From: the human T2T-CHM13v2.0 reference genome, Homo sapiens
Strand: one strand, 5' to 3'
Assembly (NCBI RefSeq): GCF_009914755.1
Contig: NC_060930.1
Length of the DNA stretch: 64,000 nucleotides
Below, in pieces: positions 55,121 through 64,000 of the stretch (position 1 is its first letter; each line of letters opens with the position of its first letter). A program made the translations under genes and the position numbers. Under the pieces are notes generated by a model that saw only the letters and a program-made list of their open reading frames with translations, was not told the origin of the DNA and searched no databases.

Positions 55121-56179
55121 AAGAGAGAATGCCACCAATCTGGACAGAAGGTAAAGAACATGACTCCCAGACACACTGTAGACCCATCTGGCTCAGGGCC
55201 ATCCCATCCCACAAGCAGCGTGGGAGTGGATGAAGCCATCTGGGAGCCCCCGTCAGGAGCTGCAGTCTTGAAGACTGTGAGCAAAGCGTAGGCGAAAATG
55301 TACCAGAACTGATGTCATTAAAAGAAAGCTGCTTTTCTTTGCTCAGAGAAAAGAGGCAGAAGTTTATAGAAAGAAGATCTCACTTCGTGTGATCTGTGAA
55401 ATATACATAAGCAAAGCAGGTATATTTTCATAGCTTTTATGTAAATGTATGTTTCTTATTGACCCCAGTGGAAAGAAGGTCTCTTCACCACAGAAAATGA
55501 AACATCAATGTCACTTTGCATGGTAAATGTCTCCCACAGCGTCCGCCTCTGGGTTTAGGAAAAGTAGGGTATCAATAGACAGCTAAAGAAGGAGTTGCTG
55601 GCCGGCTACTGCCTACAAGAAGAAGTGTGTCAAGGATATTTCATCCCCATTTTGAAGAATTTTTGCCTATAGGACTCCCAGGAGCACAGGAGCCCACTAC
55701 AAGGAAGGTTATACAAAGAAGTCTCTCTGTGATAAGAGCAACAGCTGCAAAGATGGCGGCTCACTACCTCCATAGTGTGGTCGGTTCATGCAACCCCAGA
55801 CGCTAACCGAGAGTGCCTGCCTTTCCCATGGGAAGGATGTGAAGACGGTCCCAGGAGGCACGCCCTCTACATTTCCGGGAGTCAGGCTTTCAGAGGGGAC
55901 TGGAAGAACGTTTTTCACAGTTTGGCAAAAGATTGTCTTAAGCACTGTTGATTGATTGTCTCTGCCCCCATCAATGTTGTGATTATCCAAGAGATATAAT
56001 AAAGGGCTCTCTTTATCACAGTTACTTATAATGTGCCCTTTTCCTAACTGCCCAGCATTCTCTACTAGATGTGCCAGAATTCCTCCAGTGGGCCCACCGG
56101 GAACATGCATGTGATGTCAGTTCTGTGGAAAGTGCCTGACTTTGCATTTCTGGTGTGCCAGCATCCGCTAAGATCTTGT

Positions 56180-56290
56180 AGGAATAATCACAATTTGCAT
56201 CCTCAAGAGGTACCATAACTCAAGGGGGAGACAAATATTGAAATTAATAGGATCAGTTGTGATACGTGCTATGATAAAAGCAGAGACTTC
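56180..56290 (-). mobile_element. L2 fragment
   Basis: cctcaagagg...gggggagacaaatatt...tgtgatacgtgctatgata. Confidence 0.5.
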
Positions 56291-57576
56291 TCCCAGATTC
56301 TCTGTTTCAGGCATCCATAAAATTACAAATGTAATACAGCACAAACTGGCCATCATTTACCTTGTCAAGAAAGTTATTAAATAAAATCTGTCACAATCAC
56401 CACCATTTCATAAAATAAAGGTTATTGTAACACAAAAGACTAAAAGCTTATGGTATCAAAGAAGAAAGATAGTTCCTTACTTTTCTAAGTTCTGATGGAG
56501 GAAATTTTTACGTTAAAAATTTCTGACACTTTATAATATGCAACTTTAAAAATACAAGTTTGTGATTTTGTTTCGAATTTGGGAACCTATATTCAACAGT
56601 GTAATAACAAATGGAGCTGGAATGTTCAACTTTTTCCAGTAACATATTTATCACAGTCATTTCAGAAAATTGTTTCACATAGATTTAATGGTGAAAATTG
56701 AAGCAATATTCCTAACGATATTCAGGGTGTTCAGCACCCATATTCCAGGTAAACTGGCATGAATTAAGGCTCTCATTCCTGTAGCTACTTTTTCCTTAAA
56801 GATCTGGTGTTCCTCCATCAAAAATGTGTATGAGAGTGACTTCAGGTGTCTCTTGTTAGGCAGTCCCTACGCCTGGGGCTGTGTCACTCAAGGGCTGTAA
56901 TCACCAACAGGGAGAATTGAGGAATTTTTTCTAAAAGAGATGCCACATATTAATAAAAATGTCTTGGATCTACACAGGCCTACTCCCTGGATGTTGGGAA
57001 TATCTAGTATAATCTTGAATTTACTCTCAGGAGTAAAGGCTGATTTCAAGGAATATTTTTTAAGTCTGTGCATCTTCTCAGGGCCTACAGACCAGACCGG
57101 CTACCGGTTGTTGATGTCAACATTCCTGCAACACTGAGTCAGGTACCTGACTGTGATGGATGTGTCCTCAGTCTGAATTCTCTTGGGAAACTTGAGGACA
57201 ATTCCATTTTTCATGCATTATTTTCTTGTCATTCTCTAAAGTCAAAACACTGGGACAATCATCCCTTCCCAGACCCTCATTCCCACAGTGCCCAGCCCTT
57301 CCCACCCTTGACCAAGCTCTCATTATCTTCCTTTCTCCGTCACCTTTCAACTTGGAAGATTTGTTCCTTTACGTTTGGTTAAGATGCCTAATTCTTCCCA
57401 GGAAACTCTCCCTTCCTCTGGTTTTTCTCCTTTATTCTTGCAATGAGGAAATTTATATTAGCATGTTTCTCTAATGATGAACCAATCTTTCATTGTGGAA
57501 TAAACCAAATATGGCCAGGGTATGTTAGATTATACTTCCCAAAATTTGGTTAACTATTTTATTTAAGATTAATGCT

Positions 57577-57867
57577 TCCAGGCACAGTAGCTCACGCCTG
57601 TAAACCCAGTTTGTTGGAGGCTGAAGCAGGGGGATCACTTACGGACAGGAGTTGGAGACCAGCCTGGGCAATGTAGCAAAACCATTATCCCTAAAATTTT
57701 TTTTTTAAATTTAGCCAGGCATGGTAGCACATACCTATAGTCCCAGCCATTTGAGAGGCTGAGATGGGGAAAATCACTTGAGCCCAGGAGTTTAAGGCAG
57801 CAGTTAGTATGATCATTCCCCTGAACTCCAACCTCAGTAACAGAGCAAGATTCAGTCCCTTAAAAAA
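57577..57867 (+). mobile_element. AluJ (Jo/Jr-like)
   Basis: Diverged full dimer, gagcccaggagtttaaggcagcag. Confidence 0.92.
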
Positions 57868-58354
57868 TTCAAGTATATACGCTTACAAGTGAAAATAACC
57901 TATAATTCCCTTTATTGCCATTCCCCTGTTTTTTTTCGTTTGTTCTGTTTTTTACTTAAAAAATCAGGGTTACAATGGCTTTTAAAAATGAGTTGGGAAG
58001 GTGAATATGTATATCCTACTTTCTAAAAGAGCTTTGCATAAGTTTGGAAATAATTGTTCCTTGAATGTTTGTTAGAATTTCCTCATAAAACCTTTGCGAG
58101 TCTTGTTTGTTTTTTGTTTGTGGGAAGATTTTTAGGAACTTATTTAATTTCTTTAAAGATCATATTTTCTTTATCCTCTTAAATCAATTCTGGTTATTTG
58201 ATTTTTCCCTGGAAGTCTTATCCTTACATTTTCAAATATACCAACCTAAAGTGTTCGCAGGTTTGCTTATAACTGTTTTAATCTTAGCTACATCTAGAGA
58301 CATGCTCCTCTTTTAAATTCCCAGTATGGCTTATTTTGTGCATTCTGTTTTATT

Positions 58355-58657
58355 CTTTTATTATTATTATTATTTTTAGACAAATTCTCCCTCTGTCACC
58401 CTGCCTGGAGTGCCGTGGTGCAAACGTAGCACACTTCAGCCTCAGACTCCTAGGCTAAAGCAATTCTTTTGCCTCAGCTTCCAGAGTAGCTGGGACTACA
58501 GTCATGCAACACCATGCTCAGCTAAGTTTTTTAGTTTTTGTAGAGATGGGGTCTTGCTATGTTGCCCAGGCTGATCTCAAACTCCTGGGCTCAAGCAGTC
58601 CTCCAGCCTCTGCTTGCTAAAGTGCTGGGATTACAGGTGTGAACCACTGTTCCTGGC
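58355..58657 (-). mobile_element. AluJ (Jo/Jr-like)
   Basis: ggtcttgctatgttgcccagg; (TTA)n tail; TSD tctgttttatt. Confidence 0.94.
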
Positions 58658-59484
58658 TCTGTTTTATTTTTGATTAATATTTTCAAGGATTTGTCAATTC
58701 TAGTAGTCTTTTTGGAAACCAGGTTTTGGATTCTGCTGATTCTGCTGATGCTTCTTTTCCATTACATGAAGTTCTGTTCTCATATTCATGATCACCTTTT
58801 TCTATCTTCTATGGATTAATTTTTTAAAAAAACTGCAGGATAAGGTGGATACTTAGGTCATTTGTTACAGTCTGTCTTCTCTCTTAGTAAAACATTTAAA
58901 GATAGCAGTGTTTAAGTATCTTCTTAGCCAAATCCCACAAGTCTTAATTAGCATTGCTATTAGAATTCAGTTCTAGTTATTTTTAATTTTTAATTATGCC
59001 TTTTAGTCTCCTTTAATTAGAAAGTATTCTTGGTCTTTCTTTGTCTTTTATGACCTTCGCACTTTTGAAGAGTAAAACTCAGTGATTTTGCAGCCTTTCC
59101 TCAATTTGGGATTTGTTGTGACCTTTTCTTTAGGTGTTCTGCACTTTAACCATGATGGATTTAGGTGCTGATGTCATTCAGTTTTTTTTCTCCTTAGAAT
59201 TCACTGGACTTCCTAAATTGGAGCTTCATTAAGGATCAGTGTTCTTAAATAATTCTGGAAAATTTTTGGCCATTACATCTCCAAATATTTTCTTGCCCCT
59301 ACCTTCTCTATTGTCTCATTCTGGAACTCTGATTAGACATATGTTGGACTTCCTCACTCTATCCTCCATGGATTATTCTCTCAGTTTTTCATCTCGTTGT
59401 TTCTTTATGGTGCGTTCTGAATACGTTCTTCTGATTTTCTATATCACTAACCTTTTCTTCAACTGTGTCTGATTTGTTTGTCTC

Positions 59485-59976
59485 ATATGTTGGTTGTTGT
59501 ATCCATTAGTGTCTTGTTATGGAAACACAGTGGCTTAAAACAACATTTAGCATTCATCATAATCTTCTGGATTGGGCGAATTGTTCCCCTGGTCTGAGAT
59601 CAGTTGTTTGGTTTCTGTAGTCAACCAGCAGCTCTGTTGGGTCTCACATGCCTAAGAACACCTCACTCAGATGTCTGGAGGTTGGCTTGATATTAGCTGG
59701 AGTATTGGGGATCACTCAGCTGTGTCTTTCTCATCATCAAGCAGGTTAGCCTGGGCTCATTGACACAATTGTAGGTGCAGGGTTCCCAGTAACATGAAGA
59801 GAACAACCCTAATGTGTAAGCTGCTTTTTAGTCTCTGCTTAAATCATGTCGGCTCTTGTTCTATTGGACAAAGAGTGTCAGATGGCCATGCTCAGAGTCA
59901 ATGTGAAAAGGGACTACCTGAGAACATAGACATGGTGAGGAAATTATTTGGTCACTTTTACACATATTATGCCATA
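59485..59976 (-). mobile_element. MLT1H-like LTR
   Basis: cagtggcttaaaacaaca...cctcactcagatgtctgg...caggttagcctgggct...ctattggacaaag. Confidence 0.75.
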
Positions 59977-61101
59977 CTTCTGCCCAGAATTTTTTCTAAA
60001 TTCAGCTACTATATCTTTCATTTCTAGAACTTGTATTTGGCTCTTTTTCAAATGACTCTTATTATTTAGATAGTCTTTTTGGTTCCCTTATCATTACTTT
60101 TAATGTCTACTTTTATTTCTTTAAAATACTAAATATTCTGTCTGCACCAGATAATTCCAATATCTGATTAGAATAATTAAGTGAATTTTCATTTCACGTA
60201 AATCACACTCATGGCAATCTGTTTCCTCATGAGGCTAGTCCTTTTTGAATGTGACTTTGAGTTCCTTGGAACTTTAACCGTATGAGTTCTTAGATGTCTA
60301 GGCTTAAAGAGTACATTTCCAGAGAGATTTGTATTTGATCCATAAGATCCCTTAGAATATCTTCACGTAAAAGAACTTTAAACTTACTTGGGATTTTGTG
60401 ACGCCCTCAGGACATGTGAATGCAGTCCCTGTACCCTCATGAGGATGGCATGTGGTTAGCAACCCTCAGAGGAGAATCCCCTTTCCCCATCTGTCCACAG
60501 TCAAGATGTGACAGGCTCATTTGCCCCCCTTCTGTCTTGCATAACAGATTTTCCTAATTTAGCCAATAAATTCCTTCTTTTGGAAGTCTTTGCATTAAGT
60601 ATGTATTTCTAACTTGACTTTATTTCCTTTTCAAATCTCAACTTTTATTCCTTATCCTTGTTTTGGGGGACATGTTAAAAACTCATACTGTAAGCCACCA
60701 GGAGGGGGAAGAACCTGTAGGACAAATTCTGGCTCCTACATTCTTTTACCTTTATGATTTCACTTTTGATTAAATGTCTTGGACCTGAAGAAGTTCCTAC
60801 TTGCATACATCTCATTCATGTATGTGAATGCATAATATACCAGGAGGTGTTCTCTGAACCTTTGCTCATCAGCTATCTAAAAACAGAATTTTATATATGC
60901 TTTTCATTCTGGTGTTGTGTAGTCAGTGATATTGTTATGGACTGAACTGTGTTCTCCCAAAATTCATATGTTGAACTACTAACCTTCAATGTGACTGTAC
61001 TTAGAGATAGAGCCTTGAAAGAGGTATTTAGAGTTAAATGAGGTCACAAAGATGGGGACTTATCCAACAGAACTAAAGTCCTTTTAAAAAGAGGAAGGGA
61101 C

Positions 61102-61572
<471 letters not shown>

Positions 61573-62369
61573 TCAGTTGCTTAACTAATGTAGCCAGGTA
61601 GCCTTTGGTATTTTTTTTTATGGCAACTCTAGCAAACTAAATAATACAGATTTTGGTACCACTGGTGCTACTGTAACCAATACTGAAAAATATGAAAGTG
61701 GCTTTGGATCGTGTAATGGTAGAGCATAGGTGAGTTTTGAGGAGCATGTTTAAAAAGACTGGATTGCCTTGTAAAGACTGTTAGTAGAAATATGGATGTT
61801 AAAGGTTATTCTGGTGCAGTCTCAGATAGAAATGAGGAACATATTATTGGAAACTAGAATAAAGATAATCCTTGTTATAAATTGGCAAAGAACTTGTCTG
61901 AATTGTATTCTGGTGTTCTGTAGAAAGTAGAACTTGTTTGTGCTGAATTTGGATATTTAGCTGAGATTTCTAAGCAAAGTGTTGAGTTATGGCCTGGATT
62001 TTCCTTACTGCTTATAGTAAAATGCTAGAGGAGAGAAAGTGAAGAAGGAGAATTGTTAAGCAAAAAGGAACCAGAACTTGAAAATTTGAGAAATCCTCAG
62101 CATATCCATATTGCAAAAAATGAGAAAGCATGTTCTAGACAGTACACCAAAAATGTGGTTGGAAAATTGCTTGATAAAAAGATTATAGGTGTAATTCAAG
62201 AAGCCATGCAGTCATCTTAGTGGAAGCCAGGGATAGAGATGGGGTAATAGCAGCAGAAATACAGCCAGTTTGCACTGAAGGAGGCAGAGGTGGGGTAAAA
62301 TGAAGGAAGGCTGCCTGAGTTCCAGCATTCTGCAGGATGGCAAAATGGAGCTATCTGGCTGTGGACATG

Positions 62370-62726
62370 TGATATGGTTTGGTGCTGTGTCCCCACCCAA
62401 ATCTCACCTTGAATTGTAATAATCCCCACGTGTTGTGAAAGGAACCTGGTGGGAGGTAATTGAATCAGGAGGGTGGGTTTGTTCCTTGCTATTCTCATGA
62501 TAGTGAATAAATCTCACGAGATCTGATGGTTTCTTACAGGGCAGTTCCCCTGCACGTGTTTTCTCTTGCCTGCTGCCAAGATGTGTCTTTTTCCTCATTC
62601 GCCTTCCACTGTCATTGTGAGGCCTCCCCAGCCACGTGAAACTGTGAGTCCATTAAACCTCTTTCCTTTATAAATCACCCAGTCTCAGGTATGTCTTTAT
62701 TAGCAGCATGAGAACAGACTAATACA
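62370..62726 (+). mobile_element. THE1B-type solo LTR inside the MLT1B internal region
   Basis: tgatatggtttgg...gaattgtaataatcccc...agaacagactaataca; perfect TSD ACATG (62365-62369, 62727-62731). Confidence 0.96.
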
Positions 62727-64000
62727 ACATGTATTATTCTTCAAGAAGAGGGAAACACGGCCCTAAAAGTGATTCTGAGATTCTCAGGGATGTTTCTCCC
62801 ACCACAGGCCCAGAACACACAGGTCTGGGGGACAAGCCTGTCTTCCACCTCCTCAGGGTCAGTAGGCCAGGCTGCAACCACTCGGGGCCTCAGGATAACG
62901 CTACTCCTCAGCACCACAGATGGGGCTGTCACCCAAACCTGTTGGGGATGCTGCTGCCACTGCAGTCCCAGAAGGTGGAACTTCCACCATGAGGGGCCCA
63001 TGGGGCAGAGCCTCAAGCCAAAGAGGATTATTCTTGAACCTTAAAATCTAATGAGCTTGCCTTGCTAGGTTTTGAACTTGTTTGGGACATGTCACCCATT
63101 TCTTTTTTCCAATTTTTCTTTTTTGTGGTGAGAATGTCTATCCTATGCCTGTGCCACCACTGTATTTGGAACACATAACATAGCTGGTTTCATATGTTAC
63201 CAGCGGGAAAGGAACTTTGCCTCAGGGTGAATCACACCTTATTGCCCACCCATACCTGATTTAGGTGATATTTAGATGAGACTTTGGGGTTAGAGTTGAT
63301 ACTAAAATGGGTTAAGACTTTTGGGGGGCTGTTGGGCTGGAGGTGTTTGTATTTGCATATGAGAAAGTCATACATTTGGGGGTTCAGAGGGCAGAGTGCT
63401 ATGGACTGAGTTGGGTCACCCTAAATTTCATACATTGAAGCCATAATTCCTAATGTGACTGTATTTAGAGATAAGGCCTTTAAAGAGATACTTAAGTGAG
63501 ATCATAAGGGCTGCACCCTAATCCAATAAGACTGGTATCCTTATAAGAGGAGAAAGATACACCAAGGCATTGCATACACAGAGGAAAAGCCATAAGAGAC
63601 ACAGTGAGAAAGAGCCTCCGGCAAGCCAAGGAGAAGGGCGTTTGGAAAATCCAGACCTGCTGGCACATTAACATTGAACTTCTGGTTTTCAGAACTGTAA
63701 AAAAATTGATTTCTGGTGTTTAAGCTACCTAGCCTGTGATATTTTGTTATGGCAGCCATAGCAAACTAATATAGATGTCTCCAGCACTGCCTGAAAATCT
63801 TTCTACAAAAACATAATAGTTCATTTTCCCATTGCCTGCAGTATAGACTTCTAGTTTTGCTGTTGTCTTCCAGATCCCTATGCCAAAGGCATAAGGGTCC
63901 ATAACTCCCCACACCACCTACCCATTTTTCTGTCCATATAAACTTCCTTTCATATCTGGCCTAGAGACTTGCAATCCTTTACCTCAACCACTGTCTTGCC

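Larger units (their letters stand above)
57440..60450 (-). mobile_element. Fragmented old L1M (ORF2 to ORF1 regions) hosting two AluJ and an MLT1
   Basis: aaaatgagttgggaag...tgttccttgaatgtttgttagaatt...aattctggaaaatttttggccattacatctccaaatatt...tctggaactctgattagacatatgttggac. Confidence 0.8.

Noticed and set aside
55709-56110. 133-aa minus-strand ORF with ATG in mostly unique sequence
   Set aside because: No recognisable homology or domain; the length is plausible by chance. BLASTP/PhyloCSF would settle it.

Overview
This is primate, almost certainly human, non-coding genomic DNA (intergenic or deep intronic); AluY/S/J, THE1, MST, MLT1, MER4, L1M, L2 and MIR elements dominate. I found no credible protein-coding exon, RNA gene, processed pseudogene or CpG island, and I could not identify the locus. 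The longer ORFs are mostly Alu-, MaLR- or microsatellite-derived, and the rest look like chance ORFs. Main structures: (1) three two-LTR MaLR proviruses: THE1A at 29009-31303 with a perfect CTAGC TSD, an ancient MLT1G/H-type element at ~37462-39771, and MLT1B at 60933-63773 carrying a nested Alu and a THE1B solo LTR; (2) several solo LTRs with readable TSDs; (3) a complex (TATC)n STR starting at a MER47 end; (4) repeat-free islands with TALE/HOX, octamer, EBF, STAT or YY1 motifs that may be enhancers. The best lead is the THE1A provirus: both LTRs keep a DUX4 motif, and the poly(A) signal is lost only in the 5' LTR. I see no well-supported novel biological system. Repeat subfamily calls come from recalled consensus sequences, and boundaries without TSDs are approximate.
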